DNA of 64,000 bases. It comes from an uncultured Gammaproteobacteria bacterium. Its GTDB lineage: Bacteria; Patescibacteriota; Patescibacteriia; UBA11705; JABHMO01. The stretch lies in assembly GCA_964590105.1 (NCBI GenBank), contig CAZPYM010000004.1, forward strand, positions 52,198-116,197, in the 5' to 3' direction. This document shows, piece after piece, positions 30,001-37,485 of the stretch (positions are counted from its first letter, which is position 1; each line of letters opens with the position of its first letter). Made by a program: the position numbers and the translations under genes. A model generated the notes under the pieces. That model searched no databases. It was not told the DNA's origin and worked only from the letters and a program-made list of their open reading frames with translations.

Positions 30001-31939
30001 CAAGCTCAGCCGGAATATAAGCTCCGCCCGGTCCGGTAAAATAAACCTTGCTGCTATCCGGGTCATAATTCAGAAACCCAGCACCAACAATAGAAACCAT
30101 ATTCCCCGGTCCGCCGGTTTTTGGCGCGACATCGGCAATCACCGGTTCAGTGGCGCAAAAACCAAGGCAAGCCGCGCCATCGCAGTCACTGTCAGTTTCG
30201 CAGGCGTTGGCTTCTTCATTGTCACAATTTTTCACACAAATTCCCGCGCATTCATCGTCACTACTACAGACCTCTCCGTCGCACTTGCCGCAATCCGGAT
30301 GATCCTTGCTACAAACAGGCAGACCATCCTGATCAAAACAATATTCCGGCAAAACTGAAACCTGAATTGTTTTCTCTCCCTTGTGGTCGTTAATATCCTC
30401 CACCTCGGCTTTCAGGCTGTGTTTGCCAATCTCCACGCCATCGGTGTCCCAGATGAAAAAACTGGAATATTCTAGCGGCGATTGACCGTCTGGAGGCGTG
30501 TCAATATCATAATAGGCGCCGTCAACAAACAAGCTGACATTACTCACTCCACCATCGTCAGTCGCATTAGTGTTTACTTCAACATCAGCATTCTGGCTGA
30601 CCGAGGTTGTGGGCGCTGTAAAATATACCTCCGGCGACTTGGTGTCAATTAATTCGCCACTGGTAAAGCTAGTGGAACACAAACTGCCGAGCGAACATGA
30701 GAGCCCCAGATCGCCGGCCAATGTTTTCACACCACCAGATTTCAGAGTTACTTTATAGGCGGTATTTTTATCAAAACAGAATAAATCCTGATTTGGTTCG
30801 GGACAAGCCACGCTCGGAGTAAAAGTAACTTTTTGTTTATTGACCGCGTCAACTTCCAGGTTGCCTTCGACGGCGATTTCTTCACTTTCCACAAAACCTT
30901 CATATTCAACATTCAAATTAATATAATCAAATTTAAGACAATTACCGCCCGTCCTGTACCAGGAAATATAAAACTCGCCATTGTCAGCATTTTCATAGCA
31001 AGTCGCCGGCACATCTACCTCGTTAATGCCCGGTGGCGGCAACCAATCAGTTTTTATCGCTGTTGAAACATCTCCGTTTATTTCATCGCCGCATTTAATA
31101 GTCATCTTCGCGTTGCTACCAGAATTAGCACTCTCAAAAATCAATTTAGCGGCCAAGGGTTCGGCGCTACCTATTTCCGTAATGTCAAAAAACACTTTCA
31201 TCGGCGTGGCACCCAGATACTCATTACTACAAACCACCCATGTATTATTCCATATGTTATCGTCCTTTATTATATCGCTCAAAATTGTTTCGCCGTTGCC
31301 ATTGTCTTCCTGGACTTCATAAGGTTCCAAGTTTTCATTCAACACGCCCTTTTCGCCCTGCTTAGTAATTGTAATATTATCAGCAGTAACCGAGTCAGGA
31401 TTAACTGCTTTGGAAAAAATCATCTTTACTTTAACATTTCTGATTGGTACATTGCCCTGCGGCGATACTGTCTTGACAATGAATGAAATCCCCGGCGGAC
31501 TCGGAATATAGCCCCCAGGAGTATACTCGCCAGTTCCGCCGCCGTCGGTTGCCTCAGACAATTTGGTTAGAACAAATGAAGTGATGGCATAAGCGGAAAA
31601 AATAATCACCAGTCCTATGAGACCATTGATCAACCACTTTTTGGCAGTAGTGACTTTTTCGGCATCGCCACCAGCTGTCATGTACAAAAATCCGGCGTAT
31701 AAAACTATTACCAGTCCTATCACACCGATAAATCCCAAAAATATTTTTATAATTTTCCCGATCGTTACTTTTAAATCCTGATTGCCAAGGCCGGATGCAG
31801 TCCCCACTTGATCAAGGCCGGCAACTGCTCCGTTGTCAGCAAAACTAATTCCGATAGAAAACAAAAATACGCCGGTAATGAGGAGAATCATCATCAGACT
31901 AAAAATTTTCCAATATTTTTTGCTCGGTCTGACCAGCAT
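21065..31939 (-). CDS. giant (3624 aa) multidomain cell-surface protein: signal peptide plus pilin-like two-helix hairpin, IPT/TIG-like domains, Cys-rich CGNGxxExGEECD repeats, LamG-like domain, C-terminal VWA domain
   Basis: Single uninterrupted ORF. N-terminal signal/TM, then the hairpin IIKIFLGFIGVIGLVIVLYAGFLYMTAGGDAEKVTTAKKWLINGLIGLVIIFSAYAITSFVL (~nt 31564-31756). IPT/TIG-like PVIADVAPKTGGPGNMVSIVGAGF. Myxococcus-type Cys repeats VCGNGEIEPGEECDD and CCGNGEIEPGEECDQ (~nt 26400-26700). Cys-bracketed Asp loops CKDGLDNDSDGLID and CNDGIDNDSDGLID. MIDAS-like FFIDGSLSMD near the C-terminus (~nt 21070-21700). Confidence 0.7.
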   Translation of the reverse strand: MLVRPSKKYWKIFSLMMILLITGVFLFSIGISFADNGAVAGLDQVGTASGLGNQDLKVTIGKIIKIFLGFIGVIGLVIVLYAGFLYMTAGGDAEKVTTAKKWLINGLIGLVIIFSAYAITSFVLTKLSEATDGGGTGEYTPGGYIPSPPGISFIVKTVSPQGNVPIRNVKVKMIFSKAVNPDSVTADNITITKQGEKGVLNENLEPYEVQEDNGNGETILSDIIKDDNIWNNTWVVCSNEYLGATPMKVFFDITEIGSAEPLAAKLIFESANSGSNAKMTIKCGDEINGDVSTAIKTDWLPPPGINEVDVPATCYENADNGEFYISWYRTGGNCLKFDYINLNVEYEGFVESEEIAVEGNLEVDAVNKQKVTFTPSVACPEPNQDLFCFDKNTAYKVTLKSGGVKTLAGDLGLSCSLGSLCSTSFTSGELIDTKSPEVYFTAPTTSVSQNADVEVNTNATDDGGVSNVSLFVDGAYYDIDTPPDGQSPLEYSSFFIWDTDGVEIGKHSLKAEVEDINDHKGEKTIQVSVLPEYCFDQDGLPVCSKDHPDCGKCDGEVCSSDDECAGICVKNCDNEEANACETDSDCDGAACLGFCATEPVIADVAPKTGGPGNMVSIVGAGFLNYDPDSSKVYFTGPGGAYIPAELGCQASSAWNNYQIIAKVPAQAITGPIKVVNYLNNEDTTDDDDGWVGDFIVDSNINYPGLCSVTLQGCQPTPEVHCDKGAVNNLVRVGGNNFGQKDDDDAAFLGGINFLQGAGFAWSPETILSLQIPLLEKGKKNTVIDKGPQCLDKTTKAVCEQTPENIADCLCKNLYSNPVRFEIVPSENLPKIDMVEPAPAPIGQLITISGQYFGNDTGHVEIHRLIGGDNYDWITAIGCGPESWSDSEVVIKIPETILNTFASPALSDESAYSDEYKIVLYTSQGLVTDPYDYEIVEGPPGPGLCLLDPNNGPEGIGVDFKGEYFGNEGEVYFSKTGGPKINCPDGVAPCDIDEDETCQCAKVPDPGIATSFGDWSAILIENAVVPEKALSGGVFVKSDQKQSNSVSFTVGSCSANSCAEGEECCSTGVCQTVGTCTVEVGYEPSEYMWMMSTGPLPTYPRVIERSCWPGQYTQSPSPFKNTTNACPNGLISATFNMIMKTDPEANSFQNNIIIKRCLNTQGGECNFDICNPNDCVSRTITNAHSNDFNLTNLNLSCYIDGQPGNETCDPEINKDNCFCIGDQVTAFSLDSSLLNEGNDLVPSIVQEGNHNLHENTWYQVTIKGGTGGVSAYSDFFEGYVNMLNDYTWKFKTKSENCVPDKLLMSPLVGLIKTIDGKQKYTVSGQYQCQEIGLSDKDWQWDMVKDIDKQKAEFAGYACFEPADGLICQAPKEFISSSGYFQLKSLSELGQGQTFETPPGKPMEIAAEAELTQDDPLKDTFDSLYKKGFLKVKFADPKIISYYPNCNFACINASIGANFNTFMDKDSFMPETVKLYSCYSSDCVVLTDFGLDQSKIDYQEVENPYYGTSIHELKISLHPNKMEPNTYYRMVVTNGVKSYSGVNLTGLNYSTGNAPGGDCGNRKDDDADGKADVSGGYSAVGAEDKNLDYLCGCYDQAAGIIVSFAEISKTPNCQDDENIQFACVNLKENNAVITDEAELETIQTENEYLAPDPQCAFVSSFEIGASGQYDAFSWIFKTKDDPEECKIDRVETAPVEYMSEQEKEKVEYWAAPYSAPDECSASGQLLDAFAYDWDWLSTKPVVASITNTLLGVETKPYCNDKCQAIGSTPFAAVCGNGEIEPGEECDDSNIENEDGCSEICLREPLANCADPKTQSNCCGNGEIEPGEECDQGCDYLDVNGQACVPVSGLQGCSCVAKGSACTAGCLNTGTAAGFVCGNGKKESGEDADFGGQNSEAGLNEKCLYKGSAYKLGEQLAAAVCGNGVLEVGEECEGESNCTNTCVWKGFPTCTSNCTKEIACSASEAGDPGCVGKKQVACNEGADCIGTVDIPCQEDEECETKTINCIVGVTNGCADGYKEETCFQDDPDCDGQKILDCNQCAGGQIEILCNKGTDADCCDKGTNPFCEKDGAKKISCAACQGEVGKQILSLSCAVSAQDCATGSKTEACLAGSPDCECSNCCGNGIPEDYNGDGKNDEECEATCKKLDGSEYVSCLFGEDDCACALPDYCSAKCLNLGSSYAYDNPSYCNNGTPEAGEDLICECSQAEINAGLCTIGLSNGQNGSPYQMATSVPSGLEVYLDSVYFNEDGTLKSGATQNNFFYDVATGYIIGDTEIQTSTKENPADEAQVGMGDFAFRTNDPDLINKYKDILPHIDDWSKKDDSIIDPIICEATAGLGFDDAASSPVNGSVDVCPNAMLYTSFNKKVYSDEAIIKLYLMSDGSCPTGLSQGAGSWYSKAKEFVRNLLVKVGFAATVECEVGMTMNESTNIVGNTNFSITPKQVLQVGKQYKLKFSNLKNNCDETYEPVNLELNFVAGDSICLLDNVIVEPQQVFVTKANQTNTFRATARSGEQKLTEMPGTYEWVWDWTASDMSIVDSVHTCKMDGSDCVDEPIQPLSNQKKDSDFVNVRNLAKNGSATIMANVVVTKDNISEASPLTGGALGTLGAQKYGTALLNVTLCDHLWEPAAYAPDKEGNNKWSKMQSEIKPGEYHTTYIYENNFNVGLFYCRDFGGPGFEDDLPKLEIGEVEFAGKAPKPRYGIYFDKSFDYVKVPDSGSGNLSFMNNENNPWTIETWLYSEEIPEDRYARIFYKNLSDSSTFEDGKTNNHVQMALRKWGLDCDDDCEWSYENGPNSNNCTCAEEKASIIYTIKTPTHGIVRATTDGVGLLSKGFNHIALKYDGAGGNTTLYVNGVDVTPADNENTVLHVWPRNQAEKDVTVDNDYQSLFIGGLGKTQVPLVSLAGYVDDFRIWNIAKDPQTEDLVNPLGEPNLVGYWKFDENINDVKGLASISKCTVDYIDSKCDPNENFYIINLTELAKEKGLIGGAENIWEELAQDTENQCNDGIDNDSDGLIDIGDHKCKSDTDPWEDPELFEQYFFVRDKSAGPTNDYSSDVISLRIYENPEALPPDIWYQRYAPNPAPTTAEVKIDCQQDRFGKYCYTGAKDGTTVYAAASNMAPVNADDVVNIYNNIYVLGYSQGSNAATQNIYSQLVNLLWFNTDIVTNNLSIVKPELIRDTQRISDMVLTRAYIELYKKTPPHNGAAPLLDAGTYVRGRSFSIWPSWQKELGKALGQTLPTDPLNHFAWEQATKENPGVECGGSGENTYSCPVGGSASDYQCVVPQEFCVNCPVGYDMQTCYNSANQKFSNFYDTNPNLHSVYSYLVDPLETGNTSAYDLQFSLEVPSLEEDASPMYSYKFVPGWGGGDSGWQPLPSQAEVGEVPQCKDGLDNDSDGLIDYPNDLGCATSDDNDEYDAESEAGCDKTLFVFFIDGSLSMDNNPGNDVTKYHRTILNTIVDAAHTVLDGDDYYLVQQSGAGFTGSAGWTSNSQVKLVDPVSNEPQFVKDQINTSSYVGAGNMAKWIDVEFQAANLIKGDYDRVTYILITDASDTGDEPLRNADIALAQEQNANIHLIYIRKDGSPPTVNQEAFFKKYADDTGGLFFLGDETTLSANLGDLVGAVATCKGPAIY

Positions 31940-32098
31940 GGACAGTCAAGTTATATTTTAAATCAAGATAAATTTACAAATTTCTACAAATGTTACTAAT
32001 GAACCGGCACGGAAAGCTTCAATAATTCGTAAATTCGTATTTTCGAACTCTTATGTAAATTTGTCTTTCGGTTTATTTTCAATTAATCTTTTAAAACT

Positions 32099-34183
32099 CT
32101 AATGCTCTGGCACACTACACTCAGTTTTGTCTTCTCCGACCAAATTGAACTCCCCCTTTTGTGGACAACAGGAAGTACCAGGGCCACCAATACTTGAACA
32201 TATGCTCTCAGCAACTCCCCCAGTATCTTTTGTCGGGCTATAACAATTCATTCGTGTATCTTTTACTTCTGATTTAATAACCGGCGCGTAAATCGGAATC
32301 ATGGGACTGGCTTCATCATATTCAGCAAAAGGTCCATGGCTAATGGATATTTGGGTAGCCAGAGGCTGAATCATCCCCCCGGCATCAAGATATTCTCCCA
32401 TGTTGGGATCATACCAGCGACTAAAATCTGACTCATCAGAATTCTTGCCGAGAAGCTCAACCTCGGTATCAACCGAATAAGCGTCCAAATCTTCATTAAA
32501 ATTCGCTGTAATCAATATTTGTAAATCCTCAATATTTTCAGTCTTATTATCCGGCAAAACATTTTCGAGAAATGGCGGAGTCAGGTCGAGCGTCTTGCCG
32601 GTTAAAAAATCCCAAAAATAATTATCTATTTGAGCTACTTTGTCGTCGGCGTCGGCATTGATATTGCCTGGGCCCTCGGCTTTGTCATTGGCATTGCCGT
32701 CAAGAGAATTGCCACCCATGTCCATGATGCCCGTGCCGGGTAGAGCCACGCCCTCGCCGACTAATTTCGCCGCTAGAATTTTGGTAACCAAAGTGGCGTC
32801 AGTAGGCAAGCAAAAGGCCGGCTCGCCGCAGGAATTTTTCGCGCCGCCGGCGCACTCGGTGCCTGAAATAAACTGAATGGTTTTATATTTATTGATGCCG
32901 ACTTTCCACTTGCCCGGCAAATGGTTGGTCGAACAATCGCCAATATTTCCGTTCAAAGAAATAATTTGCGCTTCATTATCTTCATCCCCTCCTTTGCACC
33001 CTTGCGTCTGGGTCAAGGGCGGAATTACCGGTTCATTAAAATAAACATAAACACCTTGATTTAAATAGACTTTGTGATCGCAATCCACTTTGGAACAGCC
33101 GATTTCTTTTGGCGAACATTTACAGCCAGCCGGATTACTGACCGGATAGCTGACATCAGCCGGCAAAACCGCGCTGATTTTCGGCGGAGTCAAGTCAAGC
33201 ATGGTGCTGGTGGTAAACCGCCACTTGTAATCAGGATTTTCCGATGTAAATACTGTTTGCGCCGGATTATTTTCTTTTTTAATGCCATTTTTCAAATAAA
33301 CAATATAAGCCATATCTTCTTCAGGACTACCCAGATGATCTTTTTTGCTATCGCCATAAGGATTGAAAATAATGGTCTGATGATCTTCAGTCAAAATTGC
33401 GTAACCAGGAACCAATTTTAAATCATCGTTTATATCCTTAACGTCTGACGCAAGGCAAGTAATCTCAGCCGGATTATCATAATTTTCCGCAATCATATCC
33501 GAGCATTTGAAAACGCGGAAAGCATCTGCTTTCAAAGCGCCGCAATTTGCCAGCTTCGAACCGTCCGGCATATCAGGGCAAAGTCCATTAACATCCATGT
33601 CAATAACCGAACTCGGCAGAACCGGTGTTTTGAAAGTAACAAGAATCATAGTATTGCGCGGCACGCCGGTTTGTTCCGGCGCCGGATAATGGCTTTGGAT
33701 CACATCGCCAAAAGCGCCATTGGACAATCCATATCCGCCGCCAAGAAAACCCGCTTTTTGATATACGGTTCCCGCCGGACTCATTTCCTGGCCGGAAAAC
33801 ATTTTCAATAAAAATGCTGTAATGGAATAAGCGGAAAATATTATCGCAAGACCAATGACAGCATTTATCAGCCACTTTTTGGCTTTAGTGACTTTTTCAG
33901 GATCACCGCCGGCCGTCATGTACAAAAATCCGGCATATAAAACAATACAAATAGCGATAATACCAATCACGCTTAAAAATATTTTTATGATATTGCCGAT
34001 TATTACCCGTAAATCCTGTTTTACCATTCCCGCTTCCTGCGCCACAATATCAAGATTGGCCGCGGCATCATTGCTCTGCGCATGCGCAATAACCGGAACA
34101 AACAAAAAAACTGCCAATATAAATACAAAACAACCGGCAGTTATTTTTGTGGCTAACTGAAATGAGTTTTTGCGAAAAATCAT
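32099..34183 (-). CDS. large (about 695-709 aa) surface protein with N-terminal signal peptide and the same pilin-like hairpin as the giant protein
   Basis: Signal peptide ...FVPVIAHAQS. Hairpin IIKIFLSVIGIIAICIVLYAGFLYMTAGGDPEKVTKAKKWLINAVIGLAIIFSAYSITAFLL is about 80% identical to the giant-protein hairpin. The rest is extracellular and Cys-containing. Start at 34183 (SD-like GAGGGG upstream) is preferred over 34228. Confidence 0.6.
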   Translation of the reverse strand: MIFRKNSFQLATKITAGCFVFILAVFLFVPVIAHAQSNDAAANLDIVAQEAGMVKQDLRVIIGNIIKIFLSVIGIIAICIVLYAGFLYMTAGGDPEKVTKAKKWLINAVIGLAIIFSAYSITAFLLKMFSGQEMSPAGTVYQKAGFLGGGYGLSNGAFGDVIQSHYPAPEQTGVPRNTMILVTFKTPVLPSSVIDMDVNGLCPDMPDGSKLANCGALKADAFRVFKCSDMIAENYDNPAEITCLASDVKDINDDLKLVPGYAILTEDHQTIIFNPYGDSKKDHLGSPEEDMAYIVYLKNGIKKENNPAQTVFTSENPDYKWRFTTSTMLDLTPPKISAVLPADVSYPVSNPAGCKCSPKEIGCSKVDCDHKVYLNQGVYVYFNEPVIPPLTQTQGCKGGDEDNEAQIISLNGNIGDCSTNHLPGKWKVGINKYKTIQFISGTECAGGAKNSCGEPAFCLPTDATLVTKILAAKLVGEGVALPGTGIMDMGGNSLDGNANDKAEGPGNINADADDKVAQIDNYFWDFLTGKTLDLTPPFLENVLPDNKTENIEDLQILITANFNEDLDAYSVDTEVELLGKNSDESDFSRWYDPNMGEYLDAGGMIQPLATQISISHGPFAEYDEASPMIPIYAPVIKSEVKDTRMNCYSPTKDTGGVAESICSSIGGPGTSCCPQKGEFNLVGEDKTECSVPEH

Positions 34184-34253
34184 TGTCCCCTCTGCGTTTG
34201 ACAACCAGTCAGCTCTCTCAGGCGCCAAAACGCTATTATTCTTTTATTTTTGT

Positions 34254-34706
34254 TTAAGCTGACAAAACCTCTTTTACAATGGCGGAAACTGCCGCGCCAT
34301 CTGCCTGTCCTTTTAGTTCGGACATAACTGCGGACATTGCTTTGCCAAAGTTGGCTCTGTCTTCTTCAGTAAGTGCTGCTATTATCCTTTCAACTTTTGC
34401 TTTTAAATCTCCTGTGGATAATTCGGCAGGTAAATATTTTTGCAGAACTTTGATTTCTGAAAGTTCTTGGGTCTGTAAATCCGGCCTCGATCCCTGCGCG
34501 TACGCTTCTGCAGAATCTTTTCTTTTTTTGATTTCACTTCTAATTACGGCAATAATATCCGCTTCCTGCAATTCTTTTTTTAATTCAATGGACTTATTTT
34601 TGAGCGCAGCTCGAAGCATTCTGAGAACAGCAAGACCAGCCTCATTTTTTGTTTTCATGGCTTCGATAAAATCTTGGTCAATGCGTTTTGCCAATTCCAT
34701 ATTCAT
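34254..34706 (-). CDS. GatB/YqeY domain protein
   Basis: 150 aa helical protein. The ...AMKTKNEAGLAVLRMLRAALKNK... pattern is typical of the YqeY family. Adjacent to rpsU, as is common. Confidence 0.75.
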   Translation of the reverse strand: MNMELAKRIDQDFIEAMKTKNEAGLAVLRMLRAALKNKSIELKKELQEADIIAVIRSEIKKRKDSAEAYAQGSRPDLQTQELSEIKVLQKYLPAELSTGDLKAKVERIIAALTEEDRANFGKAMSAVMSELKGQADGAAVSAIVKEVLSA

Positions 34707-34737
34707 TATACTATAGTTTTAAAAAATAAAAAACTTT

Positions 34738-34986
34738 TTACCTGCGCCTGCCTTTTTTCGGTTCTTCTTCAGGCAATCGCCCAGTTTTTTTCAGGTATTC
34801 TCTTTTGCTTTTGTACACCTTGCGAGCCAATGTTTCCGTTTGCCGTCGATTGCGACTAACCGGCTTTTTTTTGTAGCTCTTTTTTTTGAAATCCAAAATA
34901 GTACCGCTTTGCATCATCTTGCGATTAAATCGTCGGACAAAAGATTCAAAAGTTTCTCCTTTTTTTCTTTTTGCTTCTACTACCAT
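34738..34986 (-). CDS. rpsU: 30S ribosomal protein bS21
   Basis: 82 aa, very basic. ...ETFESFVRRFNRKMMQSG... KKPVSRNRR... matches the bS21 pattern. Confidence 0.85.
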   Translation of the reverse strand: MVVEAKRKKGETFESFVRRFNRKMMQSGTILDFKKKSYKKKPVSRNRRQTETLARKVYKSKREYLKKTGRLPEEEPKKGRRR

Positions 34987-35101
34987 GTTGTAACCCCTTT
35001 CTTATTTTTTAAACTCGTGAAATGTGAGATTTGAAATTTAAATATCACTTCTCACTTCCGGCCCATACACTCCTTAATATTAAACGAATTTAAGCTAAAA
35101 G

Positions 35102-36427
35102 TCAAGCTTGTTTTTCTTTGAGTCTTTTTCGGAGTTCTTTTATAACTTTACTAATATTTACGACTTCCTGTATCCCGCTGTCAAGGTCGCGCAATAATAT
35201 TGTCCCCTCGACTACTTCTTTCTGACCGAGGATTACTACGAACTTTGCTCCCAGCTTGATGGCTGAATCCAATTGCGCTTTTAGACTACTTTTGGAAAAA
35301 TTAGCTTTGACGCTAAAGTCTTCTTTGCGCAGTTCCTCAAAAAAGGCAAATGCTCTCTGCCTAGCCTGCTCCCCAATCTGGGCGAGAAAAACATCAGGCG
35401 CCGGTGGCAATGGAATTTCAATTTTCCGCGTCTTTATCTGATTCACCACGCGCTCGAGCCCCATGCTAAAGCCGGCTGCAGGCATCTCGGGTCCGCCAAG
35501 CATTTCCGTCAAATAATCATAACGCCCGCCGCCGACCAAAGTAACTTTTTCCTGATCCTCGCCGCCCACCGGATCAATTTCAAAAACTGTTTTTGTGTAA
35601 TAATCATATGTCCGGACCAAATTTGAATCCAAGCGGTAGGAAATTTTTGATTCATCTAAATATTCCAACACTCGAAATAAATGATTTCTGCAATCGTCGC
35701 ACAGCCAATCCACAGTTTGCGGAGCCTCTTCCTTTAATCGCACACACTTACTATTGGTGCAGGTCAAAAATCGCGACGGATCCTTGGTTGCCCGTTTGCG
35801 GCAGTCGGGACAGAGAGCGCCGCGCTTTGCTTTCAAATAACCGCCTAGCGCTTTGTTGTATTCCAGACGACACACCAGACAGCCAACGCTATTCAATCGC
35901 ACCTCTGATTCTAATTTAAAATTTTTCAATAACGAACAAGCGATAATAATCAGCTCTGAGTCAATGGCCGCACTTTTGTCTCCGAGAATTTCAAAATTGA
36001 CTTGGGTAAATTCCCTCAGCTTATTTGTTTCAATTTTTCCTTGCCGAAAAACCGGCCCCCATGAATAAAATTTCAAAGGCATGGTTTGGCCGGACATATT
36101 GTGCTGGATAAAAGACCGGGCGACTGATGAAGTAAATTCTGGCCGCAAAATTAATTTTTGCCCGCGGTCGATAAAATAAAAAGCGTCTTTTTCCAATGTT
36201 CCGCTTTGTTTAAATAATGTGTGATTAAACAGCTCATACTTTTCAATAAGCGGCGTGGACATTCTTTTAAAACTATAATCATTAATCACCGCTCTGATTT
36301 TTTTCTCCATATACAGCCAGTATTTTTCATCAGCCGGCAAAACATCTCTCATACCGTCAACCGAAGCAGGCGTTTTTATTTTTTTAATTTCTTCTTGTGG
36401 TTGTTCTTCTTTTTTGCGTCGAGGCAT
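35102..36427 (-). CDS. hisS: histidine--tRNA ligase
   Basis: N-terminal GMRDVLP signature. Class II aaRS motifs. C-terminal anticodon-binding domain. 441 aa. Confidence 0.9.
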   Translation of the reverse strand: MPRRKKEEQPQEEIKKIKTPASVDGMRDVLPADEKYWLYMEKKIRAVINDYSFKRMSTPLIEKYELFNHTLFKQSGTLEKDAFYFIDRGQKLILRPEFTSSVARSFIQHNMSGQTMPLKFYSWGPVFRQGKIETNKLREFTQVNFEILGDKSAAIDSELIIIACSLLKNFKLESEVRLNSVGCLVCRLEYNKALGGYLKAKRGALCPDCRKRATKDPSRFLTCTNSKCVRLKEEAPQTVDWLCDDCRNHLFRVLEYLDESKISYRLDSNLVRTYDYYTKTVFEIDPVGGEDQEKVTLVGGGRYDYLTEMLGGPEMPAAGFSMGLERVVNQIKTRKIEIPLPPAPDVFLAQIGEQARQRAFAFFEELRKEDFSVKANFSKSSLKAQLDSAIKLGAKFVVILGQKEVVEGTILLRDLDSGIQEVVNISKVIKELRKRLKEKQA

Positions 36428-36626
36428 AAGTTAAAAGTTAAAAGGTAAAAGTTAAAAGTAATGAAGGGTGGGAAAAGGGAAAAGATGAAAGTGAAAGAGA
36501 AAAACAAAAAGGGAAAAATTAAAAGGGAAAATCGAAATTCAGTTTAGTCAATTAACTTAATTAACCTAATTAACTGAGCTTACTCAAATTATGCGTCCCG
36601 TGCTACACGCTACGCGCTATGCGACT

Positions 36627-37244
36627 CTACGCGCCATAATCAACTGCTGAAAAATGCGTAAACCGCCAGAACGGCCAACCACGAAGCCAGACTCTGCCGA
36701 CAATAAGATCGCGAAAAACCGGTCCAAAACTTCGCGAGTCCAGACTGAATTCGCGATTATCGCCAAGAACATAATATTCATCAGGCCCGAGCGTCCATGA
36801 TTTGTTGCCAACTGTTTTAACTCCGTCCGGAATATATTTTTCATCCAGCATAAACTTGGTCATGCCGACTTTGTTTGGATAAATATAGATTTGATTATCA
36901 ACCATTTCCACTTTTTCGCCCGGTAAACCAATCACACGTTTAATAAAATATTGCGACGGATCTTTTGGATATTTAAAAACAACTATGTCCCCGCGATCTG
37001 CTTCTGAAAAACGATAACTGATTTCATCAATAATCAAATATTCATGATCATAAAAGCTCGGCTCCATTGACGCACCCTTGACATAAAAAGGTTGAATCAA
37101 AAAATATCTGACCGGAATTATGATCGCGAGCGACACGCAGACAACTTTCAAAAGATCCCAAAAAAACTGGATCGTCTTTTGAACCGGCGTTAAAGTTTTT
37201 TCATATATTTCCTTGTCGACAAAACCCATTTTTTTTTGCGGCAA
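36627..37244 (-). CDS. lepB: signal peptidase I (S26 family)
   Basis: TM anchor. Catalytic Ser box KGASMEPSF. Lys box KRVIGLPGE. GDNREFSLDSR box. Confidence 0.85.
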   Translation of the reverse strand: MPQKKMGFVDKEIYEKTLTPVQKTIQFFWDLLKVVCVSLAIIIPVRYFLIQPFYVKGASMEPSFYDHEYLIIDEISYRFSEADRGDIVVFKYPKDPSQYFIKRVIGLPGEKVEMVDNQIYIYPNKVGMTKFMLDEKYIPDGVKTVGNKSWTLGPDEYYVLGDNREFSLDSRSFGPVFRDLIVGRVWLRGWPFWRFTHFSAVDYGA

Positions 37245-37485
37245 AACTATCTGTACTTACCGCCAATTATAAAATTACTTATCCACTTTTCATGAACTAT
37301 TAACAATAACTTCTAAAACAGCATATCATAAAATTGAGAACTAGTAAACTGGCCCAACCCGAGCCATCCGCCCGCCTTGCCATAAGCTGTTTTTTCTTGT
37401 ACAATCAACTTCAGAAAGTGCTTTGTTTTTATTTGTAAATTAATTTGACCAAAAAAACTCGTTTTCAATTGACAGCTAACTAGCT

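Noticed and set aside
21065-31939. Dozens of 60-180-aa ORFs on both strands inside the giant gene (for example 22226..22756+, 25658..26173+, 28823..29185+)
   Set aside because: All are nested in the uninterrupted 10.9-kb ORF, whose translation shows coherent domain structure. They are shadow ORFs.
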